Shown: positions 36,501-49,204, numbered from the whole stretch's first letter. The stretch is 60,118 nt of DNA, filler included, from Hausera hauseri (GCA_046269625.1; 9 parts of 9 records of this genome joined end to end with filler, not necessarily neighbours in it); one strand, 5' to 3'. Made by a program: numbers and translations. The notes: generated by a model not told the origin, from the sequence alone.

Positions 36501-39500
36501 CCATGTGCTACATAATATAATTAACATCTGTAGTAATATAACAGATGCATGCAGTGCAATAACTGTAATGACCATTAATTAAATGTCAAATTCACCGTAG
36601 GGAATATCAATCAATTGGCAATGTCCAGAAATTTAATTAATGGATATTCGTTTTGTCCATTAATTGGTAAGATAATGTCAATAAATTGGTTGTGTCCATT
36701 AATTGGACAATCAATCAATAGTCCATTAATTGGAGAATCAATCAGACTGGTAAAATATTGTTCGGTCGATCTGCCTTTTATGGACGGTCAGTGGCTATTT
36801 TCTCCTTTTTTCTTATACCCAAAAAGGGAAAGCCTTGCTTTCTCTATCTCTTCCTCTGTTGTTTTCTTCTCCGGTTGATTTTTCGAGTTATGACTCTTCG
36901 AAATTTGTGGTTTCCATTTGTAATCCCATTGTAGAGAAATGTAAATATCCCTTACATATTTCGCCCCTTGGACGCGGTTAGTAGCTTAGGTGAACGGAAA
37001 TAGTTACCATTCATCGCTTCTAGAATCATTTTAAATCAGGATTCTTGTGAAGCTGGAGGGAATGAACATCCTCTCTTTTCATTAAAACGTTCTCTGTATT
37101 GCTTATAACAGTTGGATTTCAACTCAATTCTCCAATTCCAGTTATGTATTCTTATCGTATTCCTAATTTATCCAGTATCTCATGCATTCTACCCTGCTAC
37201 GATGTATCCTTAGAGGCAGCGACGTTCATCCTCTTGTGTTTCAAGAAACTCTTTACCTTTCTTCCAATTGTACCTTTATGAATCTGGTAATATCGGGAAA
37301 ATATCTTTCACTTTGGCTCTGTGTGCAATTATTTTTTTCATTAGTTTTCTCCTTTTAGACTTCTTATGGAGATTTATATTGGCGTGTACCATCTTCTTTC
37401 TCCGTAGTTTATTTTTGGAATTCTAACAACTCTACATTTGTTCTATGTAGTCCTCCGAAGGTCTGTAAACATAAGATTGGTCGTAGAGGTTTCATTATTT
37501 CGGTAAGAAAGATTAATTCAATAATGATCTTCGGTGGAATATCGGCAATTCCAAATTATAGGGTGTAATCCATGAGACAAGAACAACACAAGTCATATAT
37601 ACTAAATATCCATTGTTGATAAATTTGGGTATTCCAAAACTGTACCGCGATTGTATACTGGATTCTACCGTCTGCTATATGTATGTATATCTGCTGGAAT
37701 GTTGGTTCATAGGGGATTAAGTTCTTCAACGGTTCGTACATCCTTCGTGTCTCGCAAAACATATTAGAGAGTTGTCCGACTTTCTTCTAAACTCCGTTTT
37801 AATCCATTCGGTATTTTACTTTCTTGGTCTATTTCTACACGTCTTATATTTCACATTCTCTCCAATCTGGCGATCTGGAAGGTTTAAAGACTGTAATGTG
37901 TTGCTGTAGGAAGTCATTTATATCGTGTCTGGAACTCTGATATGGAATTTCCGCTGTTTACTTATACTTATACTTCTAAAATAAAAACATAGGTTAACTT
38001 TAAGACAAATCATCGTTTCAAAGCAAAATATTTTGTCTGATTATAGGATAACCAGATCTTTAATTATTAGGTTATTCTCGGTACCCTTCTCCAGTGTATG
38101 TTCCTGTTTATTTTTACGTCGGTCATAACAATTTGTGGAAACTAAGACAATTGTCACCGCTATTATGATGAGAACATACGGTGACAGATCAGAATTGATA
38201 TTATCGGTAAGTTTGTTGGCTCAGTTGCATTTTCCGTAGTACTTTTGTTTTCGGTACTGGTATCTTTATATTCTATGGCTAGAATTTTGTTTAAAATTCA
38301 TAGTGCTAAAGTTTTGTCTTTCGCCCTATGCAGAAACTTGAATTACATAGTCGTGTTGTGGTTGTAGTAGTTTACATTCGGTTTCCTGATTACTCTTTAA
38401 CATAACCATTTGATTAGTATGTAAGTTACGACATTCAATTTTAATACCGTAGTTTAATTTCTATTCAAGGAAAAGCAATTTTATACTGGTCCATCAAATA
38501 CTTTACAGGTATACTCTATAATTATTTTTAGGCATTTTACTCCAAGTGACGATATTAGTAAGAGTACTTCAGATGATAGTCGGTTTTTTTGTAGTTACTT
38601 CATAAGGAATTTTCCATATTCTAACTTCATCAACTGGATAATAGGTTTGTAGGAGAATGCTTGATTTACTAGGTCGGATATGAAAGAGGTCGAATTGTAT
38701 TTTATATTCGTGACCGATCGGTAGTTTCAAACATGGATTTTGTCTTTTGGATCTGACAGAATAATATTTCGCTGCGGAACTTGTCTTCTTTATTGGTACA
38801 AATTGAGTGGAAATTTGTCTATCACTGGCTAGCACAATTCTAGTTTTTATCTGGATATATTTGTCTTTGTTAATTTTTGAAATTTCAACAATATTATCGT
38901 CCAAAATTTGCTTTTGAGTTTCGGTAGTTTGGATCATTTTCTCTAATGTTATCTCTTTGGCCCGACTAGGAACTGGTATAGTTATTTTTAACTAAGAATC
39001 TAGTTTGGCTTTGTCTACGCTCGATTCCTGATAATACATTCGAAAGATGTATGTATATGAGTTTCCGCAGCTTATCTCGCAGCACTGTTGAAAATCTTCC
39101 GGGAAAAATTGTAATTTTGAGTTGTTTTTGGCCTTATTTCGAATCTCTTTTTGGAAAACTGAAGTCTACGAGTAGTTTCACTGCCCTAAATCCGACATAT
39201 TTGCTTTCTGAATCGTATAGTAAGGTTTAATGGTCNNNNNNNNNNNNNNNNNNNNNNNNNNNNNNNNNNNNNNNNNNNNTTAATTAATTAANNNNNNNNN
39301 NNNNNNNNNNNNNNNNNNNNNNNNNNNNNNNNNNNGGAAGTATAGAGCAAAAAAGCTACGATATGTTAGAAAATAATAAAATTTTTTGGTGCGGATAATT
39401 TTGTCAAATAACATTTTGAAGCACCAACGAAACAGGGTTACGATTTTCGTATTTTTTGGTATGATTAATTACGTATAAGAATCAGACTACTATATATACT

Positions 39501-39600
39501 CTCCGAAACGGACACAACAATTGGTGTCAGATAAATTTCAGTCCAGACAACGTTCTACAACAGGCTTGGATTTGATGGACTACCGGACACAAATCCATAC

Positions 39601-39613
39601 TGGTGAGTTCGAC
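39601..39613 (+). promoter_or_regulatory. Candidate primer-binding site (tRNA-Trp-like) of the downstream CsRn1-like element
   Basis: CCATA-C-TGGTGAGTTCGAC is 10/13 identical to TGGTGACCCCGAC. An alternative Leu-like TGGTGTCAGA lies at 39522-39531. Confidence 0.35.
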
Positions 39614-40689
39614 CATTGTTTTTGGGGCACCCCGCGGTTGTTTCTTAAGCCACATTTTAACTAGAATGTTAAAAGTACATATGTTTGCTCCTACAACTTT
39701 TAACAAAACTCATTTGGCGGATTTGTTATCATGGCTGTCATATCAATTAGTTCCTGCAATGTCATTTTTGACGGTTAGTTCTGCTATACGTTTTACTCTA
39801 GAAAACCCGTAACACAATTCCAAACATATATGCGAGGTTGTAATTGGTCAAAGGACAAACTAGATAAAAATACATTAATGATATATTACGGCACGATATA
39901 CAGGAGTTCATCACCCTTGGAGCCGCAGACAATTGGCCAAGGATCAGAGGTGCTTGTATTCTTCCATCTAAAATGGAATTTAAACAACAGTGGACTGTAG
40001 GATTTGATGGAAATTCCGTATATTTTATTGCTGAATATGCTCATTTACATATCTGGCCAAGACGTCTGTTTCTGTACGGCAGATAGTACTAAAGCTTACA
40101 TGCAAGTGCCAAGGTATTCTACAACAAATTTATCAGTACACCTATCCGAAACTGTTTTTGTCGTTTATGAAAATAATAAAATAGACCGAGAAATATTTTT
40201 TAATTTCTGCCATCATTACAACGGATTAGTGTTACTAAAAGTGCACCAAAATCAGAAACATTAAACGTATCATTTTTACAATCACGTTACATTAGTATTA
40301 TGTCAGGCTTACCGGATTTTACGTTACTGCTAGAGAACTTTCGAAAATCGGAAAACCTCCGCATTAAGTCTCTTAACTGTGATACTTTGGCATATACGTT
40401 CCTGTGTCCCATAAACTGGAGAAATATTGTTATGACAAGAGCACCAAATATCCATTTTATTACTGTTGAGAACTACGGACCTTTTTATATAGTGCTTGAT
40501 AGTGTTATTTGATTGATAAAATATCCTGATAAGGAAGTATCTGATATCAAAGACGTTCATGAGAAAATTAGAAATCTTGTTTTTCCTTTCAAATACGCCA
40601 GATTGATTACAGCTCCAAATGATGCTAATCACAGGTTGTCGGATAATGAAATTACTGACGAACCAAACACTGTCATGGATTCTGGAGAT

Positions 40690-41030
40690 GGAACCTTGCG
40701 CGGTGTTGTGTTATTACCGGATAAAAAACATTTTACGTCGTCAAGAACGCATGGTATTTTACAAGTTTGGAGCATACAGAATAGTAAGAGCATATCCTCG
40801 GTTGACGTTAGTCCAAATGCAACCCTCGTAGATACTTCACCACTCTAATATTCTAACAGTTGATTTAGAAAATGGATGCTTATGTATATAGGATATTAGA
40901 AACGCAACAAAACCTTTAACGGTACACGACATAAAATGGCATGAAGGCCCAATAGTACGAATTCAATTTGACGAGCATGGACGCAGTTTAGCAATTGGGT
41001 CTAACAACAGTTACATATTTTGTAGCATCG
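40690..41030 (+). pseudogene. WD40-repeat fragment
   Basis: LRGVVLLPDKKHFTSSRTHGILQVWSI, then after a frameshift LENGCLCI*DIRN...WHEGPIVRIQFDEHGRSLAIGSNN. Confidence 0.65.
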
Positions 41031-42424
41031 CCCCGTATAAACTCACTTTTCAGGCGTACTACGTCCAGATTACGAATACCCATGTAAGTCACATTACATT
41101 CAATGTGACCAATATTATTGTTACCAAAATGAACGACTCACAAATACATACAGTACTCGTTGGATTAATGAATGGTTCAGATCAGAACCTAACACTACCA
41201 CGTTTTAAAGGAAATTATAAAACAACGTCACAATTATATTTAAAATACACGTCTGTAGTTACTACCTCATGCAATAATTTGATGATCGCTTTATCGAATG
41301 ACCCCAAACATGAAAATGGAGGATCTGGATACAATTTTGTCTTTACAACGCTGAGTCCTATCGTGACTATTGACGAGTTACCAACAAATCTATGGTCAAC
41401 CAGTGAAACTCATTTAGAACTCATTACAATGGTACACAGATTTTACGATTGCGGCCATGTAATAAAATCTGGTGCTCACGGAGTAATACATGCCGTCATA
41501 TACAGTACTGAATTTTTCAATTTTGCCAGAGATCATATGTCACCCGGTATATATTGTCAAGATCTTCAACGAGAACTTTATTTACGAAACTTTATCTACG
41601 AAACTCCGAATTTCCCACGATTTATTTTCTTTAATGATTTGGATAAANNNNNNNNNNATTCTCCCTCAACTTCGGATTACGTTGGCTAGCTTTAACATAA
41701 TCCTTTACTCATGCGACGTCGGTTGTGTAGACAAACCAATTCGATTAAGTCTCAAATTTCATTTTTTTACCTAGGAAATCAACAAAATCTCCTTTTTCTA
41801 TTTTACATATTTCTCATGAACTCCAAAATATTCAAGATTTAAGGCATGTTATTCACGTTGTAAGCACTGAAGATACCAGAGCCCTTAATTGGTATTACAT
41901 TGACTCATCACCTGATCAGGTAATTAACACAATTAATAATGCGGAGCTCCATTTAACTTCTGACATTTGTTTACTTATCTTTCCACCACACAACAGCCGA
42001 TCTCCAGATTAACCATCTATACGGAAGCTTTAATAAAATAGAAAACAATACTCTTATTTTTCTCGGTGGTAGATCTCCACACTTCGAAACAAATAGCTAT
42101 GCATTTCCGTCGCATTTTGCACAGGAATTAAAATCATACATTTGGTTCTCGGCATATAAAGAAATTCCTTTTGAAGCAGATTCCACTGTACCGATTTGAC
42201 AATCGCGATACGTGTGTGCTCGTTGTTGGACACGCAAAATATTACAGTTGTTTCTCTACCGAGGCTGTATAACAAAAGAGATCACACGAAATATTTTAGG
42301 ATCCGTTTCAAACGTAATATCAAACTACAATTACCAGTTAGATCTTTAAAAAGAAACAGAAATTCTCTTAACATCGATCAACCGCATTAAAATACTACAC
42401 TACCCGGTTTACATTATATCACCA

Positions 42425-42643
42425 CCATTCCACCTCTACCTTTTTGTTAATAATAACCTAATGCAAACCGTATATGTCACATAACGTATGGAGACATTAC
42501 AGTTATACGCTCTCATTTATAATACCGCCGCCTAAACTGATTTCTACCTAACTCACAACGGTTTCATTTTAACTAACCGCCCACACATCATGGTCCCACA
42601 TTACCATCTATGTATACACGTCAATCCTAGAATCCGCGGTGGT
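42425..42643 (+). pseudogene. Ubiquitin-like domain ending RIRGG, in frame with Gag
   Basis: PFHLYLFVNNNLMQTVYVT*RMETLQLYALIYNTAA*TDFYLTHNGFILTNRPHIMVPHYHLCIHVNPRIRGG|MISPP, continuing into Gag ORF 42590-43018. Confidence 0.65.
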
Positions 42644-45037
42644 ATGATCTCCCCACCAGCTAGTGACACCACCGATAAGGTGACCACAAAACCAAAATAC
42701 ATTTTCTACTACCCCAAATCAAACCACCCACCTACTTCAACCGACACAAATTCTTCTCACAAAAATCCTATCAGTACCACACCACATTGCACTGAATACT
42801 TTATAGACAATGAAAAGTCTAGCAAAACCTGGCTCCACTTCCATCAACTCTGGTTACAGTCCAACGGTATCACAGACTCGTTATCCAAAGCCCATAATCT
42901 ACTTTACCTTTTGCCAAACTCCATAAAGGCCTCATTCCATAACCTGCTGGACACTTTTCAACACTCTGACCCTTATACCAAATTGTTCGATGCTGTGTTC
43001 GACAAAACCATCAATTGATTCAATAATGCAGCGTTTGTTCAACGAAAATGTAATGGGAATACAAAAACATAGCGATTTCCTACGCACCTCATTGGCTTAC
43101 TTACGTTCTCTTGGCGTCACCAGAAAACATAACTTTGATCTACTTCGACCATATTTCCTTAACGCTTTACCAATTCAAATCGGGGCTTTGTTTACCGTTT
43201 TTGAAGATTCTACAGCCTTTGATAAGCTAGCTTAATTGACCGATAAAGCACACAAAGTCTTACAAATCCAATCACAGCCTATCATATCAACCGCTATCAC
43301 AAATGATGACGATCAACGACATACATCTGTCGAACACCAATTAAATCAATTACGTGCCGAAAATGCAGCACTCCAACACAATCAACGCCATCAACAATAA
43401 ACTGAACGAGATTTCATTCACTTGACGTAAGGGTTTCATACGTGACCGTAACCATTCAGTATCTCGTGGTCGTTCACCTTCACCTGGATTATCACTGATT
43501 TGTTATTACCACGATAATTTGATAGCAATGAGAAAAAATGCCATCTAGGGTACAAATCTTATGATCAAAGATACTATACGAACAACGTCATTTGCATATA
43601 TCGGACAAAATTCATACATAATGCACGCAAATGCATTCTAAGTTGCACGTTTAAAAATAAATCCCACCATGCAAATGACGAACGTACAACTTTCATTTTT
43701 AACAGTCGCTCAGGTTCCCCGTTTTCAAAAAACTGATTTCGCCGCCAGTATTCTTGGCGAATCCTGGCAAAGGCAACCTATCTAATTCCTTTTGCCGACA
43801 CGCTTCATTTGCAGTTTTCACATTAAAAGCTGATATCTCTAATCCTAACATTCAATCCATAGATTTTCTCATCGATATTGGTGCAGCGATATCACTACTT
43901 CCACTTTCTTTTCCGGTTCAACATTCTTCATTGAAAATAAAACCTTTATACACTGCCTCTGGTCAAGCTCTTCGTATTGCCGGAACCTGCAAACTATTTT
44001 CACTCTACAACACTTTTCCTCGTCATTTTATTGGACGTTTACATTCGCTGACGTCCAGACTGCAACACTTGGCTCAGATTTCCTTTCACACTATAATTTA
44101 CTAGTTGATTGTAACCGACTCTGTTTGAAAGCAAATACATCTGTAAACCATAACACAAATATATACAGTATCACAACAACAACAACAACACAGTCCACAT
44201 TAAGTAAGCCATCTATTTTAAAACACTCGGAACTTCCTTCTAATTTTAATAACAACCAATCACAGCTCAAGGTTGACAATAACAATCTGGTATTTTCTGT
44301 CAAATCATCGAAAAATAACACCTAATACTCAAACATGGTTCCGGACCCGACCATCTTACTCCAAACTCCACTTGATTCCTTATTAACAACTAATCACCAT
44401 ATACCAAGGACTGCTGGAAACCCGGTTCATCATCAATTACAATATTCCAACAACTACCCACAAGTTTACAACAATTTGTCCATACTTTTTGTCCTCGTAT
44501 ACTTCTGAAAGATAGAAATTTCACCCCAGTAAAAGGCATTTACCATCATATAATTTCAAGACATCAAAGGCCAATTAGACAAAAGGTCCGTCCATTGTCG
44601 CCGAGACGCAGACAGGCAGTAAAAGCTGAATTTATGGAACTAGAAGAACCGGATATCTTCCGCAGATCTAAATCACCATAATCTTCGCCTCTCCACGTCG
44701 TACAAAAAAGGTAGATCCTTCCGACCATGCGACGATTACCGCCTACTTAACACTTTAACCACAATTGACGCATATCCACTACCATTAATAAAAGACATTA
44801 CATCGGCTTAACACTACCTCCGTTTATTTGACAATCGATTTATCTATAGCTTACCACCAAATCCTTGTCGCACCGGAAGACATCGAGAAAACTGCAGTTA
44901 CCTTACCTTTCGGTCTTTAGGATTATCTATATATGCCTTTCGGTCTCCGGAATGCCGCGCAAACTTTTCAACGACACATCGATTCAATACTTTCAGATTT
45001 CACCTTTGCGCATCCATACATCGACGATATTTTGGTT
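42425..45037 (+). mobile_element. CsRn1-like Gypsy copy 2 (UBL-gag-PR-RT, cut by contig end), degenerate
   Basis: Gag YFIDNEKSSKTWLHFHQLWL...DLLRPYFLNALP. AAAAAAC at 43727-43733. Protease FLIDIGAAISLLP. RT ending HPYIDDIL at the contig end. Confidence 0.9.
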
Positions 45038-45305
45038 NNNNNNNNNNNNNNNNNNNNNNNNNNNNNNNNNNNNNNNNNNNNTTAATTAATTAANNNNNNN
45101 NNNNNNNNNNNNNNNNNNNNNNNNNNNNNNNNNNNNNACCGAAGAAGAATCTACAGATAAACCTGGTGTCATAGCAGCTATATGGAGTATTACAGAACAA
45201 GAAAAGTCATTACTGCAAAAACAACAAAATGACGAACAAATTAAACAAATTAAGGAGTATTTAAAAAGGAAAACGATACCAAGTGATATTAATCTCTATA
45301 CTCAT

Positions 45306-47792
45306 TTGAAACAGTTTGCTGAAAATTATGAAATAAAAGATGATATATTACATTACAATCATAAAGGAAGATTAGTCATAGTTGTCCCTCAAGAAGATAT
45401 AAAGTTGTTATTAACACAATATCATGATGGCATGATGGGAGGTCATCAATCAGTAAAAAGGACTTTAGGAAGATTGAAAAGAAAATATTATTGGTACACT
45501 ATGACTAAAGATGTTCAAGATTGGTGCAAGAGTTGCCCAATTTGTGCCACCAGAAAGAATACGGGTTCAAAAATTAAAGTTCCCCTTAAACCATTAGAAT
45601 GTCCACCAGCCCCAATGGAATTCTCAGCTATGGACATTCTGGGGCCATTACCTATGACAATGAATGGAAATAAGTATATGTTAGTGTTTGTCGACCTATT
45701 TTCCAGATGGCCAGTTGTGATACCGATACCAGACCAGAAAGCTCAGACTATCGCGCAAGCCTTTGTCGAAGAAATTGTTTTTAATTATGGAGCGCCGACA
45801 AAATTGCTAACAGACCAAGCACCAAACTTCAGGGGAGAAGTTATGGCGGAAATATCAAAAATATTTCAGATACTACAATTGAAAACTACCCCATACCATC
45901 CTCAAACAAACGGAGCAGTGAAAAGATTTAATGGAATCTTGACTAATATGCTAGCTACTATGGTCAATGAACGACAAGATGATTGGGACGAGTATATTAA
46001 ACCATGTTTGTTTGCAATTAGAAATACAATTCACCCGGCAACAAAAGAAACACCTTTCTATTTGATGTATCTTAGAGATACTCATATGCCGATTGATTTG
46101 GATTTCAAAATGCCCGTCTCCCATTTAAAAGACATGGAATACAAAGAATTACTAGAGGAAAAATTAGGATATGTATGGGATTTAGCCTCACGTCATATAA
46201 AGATATGTCAAAAAGAATATAAAGAACGCTATGATGAAAAAGCTAAACCACATGACTTTAAACCTGGAGACAAGGTCATGTTGCATACACCTTTGAGTAA
46301 AAAGGGAAGGACACCAAAATTAGACAGACCATACAAAGGTCCATATATGGTTCAAAAAGTAGACGAAACTAACATCTACTTAAATAAAAATAAAAGAAAT
46401 AAAATTGATCCCATAAAAGTCCATGCAAATAGATGTAAGCTAGCACCAACGGATTCAAAAATAAGAAATGGAAATTCTAATCTATTACTGATAGCAATGC
46501 TTATGATGTTAAGTCTAGTAACTTGCGTATCAGCTCAGACCCTCGATGTGAAATATAAAGCCATACAAGTTGGAAAATATCCTTGCATAAAAATCACGGC
46601 TAATCGGAATTTAACAACAGATGAATATATACATATATTCATATCGAAATTACCCGTAGTAGAGAAAGCAACACCAGAGAACTGCGATTTATATTACGAT
46701 CATTCAGTACGTGTTTGCTGTGGGCTCTCATTCGGAGAAACTTATAGAATCCAATATGCAATTGGAAAAAGTGATCACAGCTACAGAACATATTTTTCAT
46801 TTCCTGGCATTACGCACTATTTTCATCGGCCATACTTTCTTATTTCATTTTACACCAAGGTCATGAAAAATGGACCTTGTGTAACAGCGGAACCCGATGT
46901 TGCAATCACGAGACACGTTACATTTAAATACATAGTATTTGATGGTATAAATAGCATTCATTGTAAACCAACTTATCAAAACCCATATATGTGCTGTCCT
47001 ATTGTTTTTGACAAGGAGTATACGATATATTATTGGACCACGTATAACGGTTATACATGGTCAAAAACTTCGGATGGTCCAGAGATAATAGTAAGATCTC
47101 CAGCCAAAAAAATTATAATTTCAACAAAGAAAACAACTACCTCGATGACATCATCTAATATAGTAACTAGTCCAACAATAGAAAAGAAAGTTGTTAAGGA
47201 ATTAGACATAATTATCCAACCAACAACTCATTCATTAATTATTACAGTAACAGATCTAAAAATGTCGAATATAAAATTTGAGTGTTATCTTAATCATAAA
47301 ATAGCCAGTGAAGGAGTATTGACCCCGGATGAACCAACATCCTCCTGTATGTTCTTGGAGGCCGATACCAGTTATCAGATTATTATAACAGAGCTAGACG
47401 AAGACGGACAAGTCCTACAAGTTCTCAAAAGGAAAGAGAAAACGTTGAAATTACCTACGACTGTAACAAAAAGAGTCATGAAAATGAGTACAGTACAAAA
47501 ATCTAAAGAAATTTCGAACGGACATCTTTGGATAATTAGTATATTATGTATTTCCTTAATATTACTGGTCATACTATTACCCTTAACAATTTACTGTTTA
47601 AGAATAAGACGGCGACAACGTAAAGTAAGGGAAATGTTAAATCATTTAAAAATGTTAAGAGAAAACTCCAAAGACTCTTTAGTAAATGTAAGTGCGCCAT
47701 TTTTAAAAAATCAACGGCAAGCTAAAGAGATTACCGATCAAGAGCGCGAAATCCACCGCTTAAAGACACAACCGTTTGTCTATGCACACTAA
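45306..47792 (+). CDS. Gypsy integrase fused to a type I membrane protein (internal signal peptide, three FN3-like repeats, TM)
   Basis: HHCC, AMDILGP, LTDQAPNF, NGAVKRFN, KGPY. Then LLLIAMLMMLSLVTCVSA (about 46482-46535), repeats ending GLSFGETYRIQY / PIVFDKEYTIYY / FLEADTSYQIII, a Thr/Ser linker, TM LWIISILCISLILLVILLPLTIYCL (about 47526-47600) and RIRRRQRK. Confidence 0.85.
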   Translation: MKQFAENYEIKDDILHYNHKGRLVIVVPQEDIKLLLTQYHDGMMGGHQSVKRTLGRLKRKYYWYTMTKDVQDWCKSCPICATRKNTGSKIKVPLKPLECPPAPMEFSAMDILGPLPMTMNGNKYMLVFVDLFSRWPVVIPIPDQKAQTIAQAFVEEIVFNYGAPTKLLTDQAPNFRGEVMAEISKIFQILQLKTTPYHPQTNGAVKRFNGILTNMLATMVNERQDDWDEYIKPCLFAIRNTIHPATKETPFYLMYLRDTHMPIDLDFKMPVSHLKDMEYKELLEEKLGYVWDLASRHIKICQKEYKERYDEKAKPHDFKPGDKVMLHTPLSKKGRTPKLDRPYKGPYMVQKVDETNIYLNKNKRNKIDPIKVHANRCKLAPTDSKIRNGNSNLLLIAMLMMLSLVTCVSAQTLDVKYKAIQVGKYPCIKITANRNLTTDEYIHIFISKLPVVEKATPENCDLYYDHSVRVCCGLSFGETYRIQYAIGKSDHSYRTYFSFPGITHYFHRPYFLISFYTKVMKNGPCVTAEPDVAITRHVTFKYIVFDGINSIHCKPTYQNPYMCCPIVFDKEYTIYYWTTYNGYTWSKTSDGPEIIVRSPAKKIIISTKKTTTSMTSSNIVTSPTIEKKVVKELDIIIQPTTHSLIITVTDLKMSNIKFECYLNHKIASEGVLTPDEPTSSCMFLEADTSYQIIITELDEDGQVLQVLKRKEKTLKLPTTVTKRVMKMSTVQKSKEISNGHLWIISILCISLILLVILLPLTIYCLRIRRRQRKVREMLNHLKMLRENSKDSLVNVSAPFLKNQRQAKEITDQEREIHRLKTQPFVYAH

Positions 47793-47890
47793 TACATGAT
47801 AAAGCCGCAAAATTTTTAGCGACCTATGTAAAGAATAAACAATCAAAATATGACAATATCCTGTCATTTAAAACCGCTTGGCTAACGCTA

Positions 47891-49204
47891 ATGTTTTTAC
47901 TTTTAGTCCAAGAATGTGCAGAACGTACAGAAAGGCCCAATTCCTTCTATAACCATATTATATCTAATCTATGGGCCACTTCCTGCAAAGATTATTGCTA
48001 TTATGGAAAGGCTGTTTTCATTCCTAACAACCTTAAAGGATATTCAGTCCAACAAAGAAGTAGTCTTATAGTCAAATTGCGACAAAACTCAACCAATCTC
48101 TCAGATCTAATAGATATTTCTGAATATACGTATGCCGTATATATTTCAGTCGCAAAAGGAACCATCCAACTTAAGAGCAAATCACATACCCAAGGAATCA
48201 CTGATGTAATGGAAATCCTAAACCGGATAACAGTCCGATTAGATCCTCGATTGTATATTAACGCCACCATCACTATACGAACATGTGAAGGACCATTTCC
48301 TATAATTTATGTGGAAGTAATCAAAAAGGATCAAACACCGCGTTTGGATTACCAAATCCCAAAGTTTACAACCCCCAGACCCAGAGAAATTGACGTAGCG
48401 GAAGGACTGTCATTTACAAGAAGACCAATAATGTCAAAAGAAGAGTTGATAATAATGGCTGTGAATCCAATATATTTATTCACCCCAATCAGGAATACAG
48501 AAACAACCATTGCTGAAATAACCTTAATGAAATTAGATGGTGAAATTATTGTGGACGAAATTTTATGTCCTAGAGAGAAAATCGATAATTATAATAGCCA
48601 TGTGACCGGACTAAAAGAAGACCATATTGTTGGGAAGAGGGATTCTTATTATGCAGAACCTTTTCTAAGAAAAATGATTGTTGGGAAAGTGATTGTAGGA
48701 ATTGATGTTTATCACACCTTTGCCACCACTTTCAGATATGACTACAATAACCTATTGGGGATTAGAGAACTTCTATACCATAATAATGTCAACCCACAAC
48801 GAAAATACACAGCCAAACAAATCCTTACCCAATATAATGGTAATATATATCCTCAAAGGACTCGGGAAAAAGCCCTGACTATATTGAAGATTTATAATTC
48901 GATTCCTGAATACCAGAATGAACAATTTGAAAAACTAACAAGTTCAGAAGAACCAATGGATATACAATCAATTTCCGATTATCCAAATTCATCAAATTCG
49001 ATAATGTCAACCCTACCTATTAACGATCCAAAGCCTATTCAGTTGATAAAAGATTGTTCTATTAATCTTGAACCACTAAAATCAGCTAGTTCTATCGAAT
49101 CTATTGTCGTCGATCTTACAAAGACAAAAAAGAAAAGGACCCCAAAAACCGAAACAATCACCTTAAAAAAACATCAAAAAGAAAGGACGCTTATTACATA
49201 TTAG
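47891..49204 (+). CDS. Accessory ORF with REX4/ISG20-like DEDDh exonuclease fold, catalytic residues apparently lost
   Basis: IAEITLMKLDGEIIVDEILCPREKIDNYNSHVTGLKEDHI...FLRKMIVGKVIVGID resembles LARVSLVD..G..LYD.YVKP...V.DY.T.VSGI...HL...L.GKILVGH. The expected DxE position reads MAVNP. Confidence 0.65.
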   Translation: MFLLLVQECAERTERPNSFYNHIISNLWATSCKDYCYYGKAVFIPNNLKGYSVQQRSSLIVKLRQNSTNLSDLIDISEYTYAVYISVAKGTIQLKSKSHTQGITDVMEILNRITVRLDPRLYINATITIRTCEGPFPIIYVEVIKKDQTPRLDYQIPKFTTPRPREIDVAEGLSFTRRPIMSKEELIIMAVNPIYLFTPIRNTETTIAEITLMKLDGEIIVDEILCPREKIDNYNSHVTGLKEDHIVGKRDSYYAEPFLRKMIVGKVIVGIDVYHTFATTFRYDYNNLLGIRELLYHNNVNPQRKYTAKQILTQYNGNIYPQRTREKALTILKIYNSIPEYQNEQFEKLTSSEEPMDIQSISDYPNSSNSIMSTLPINDPKPIQLIKDCSINLEPLKSASSIESIVVDLTKTKKKRTPKTETITLKKHQKERTLITY

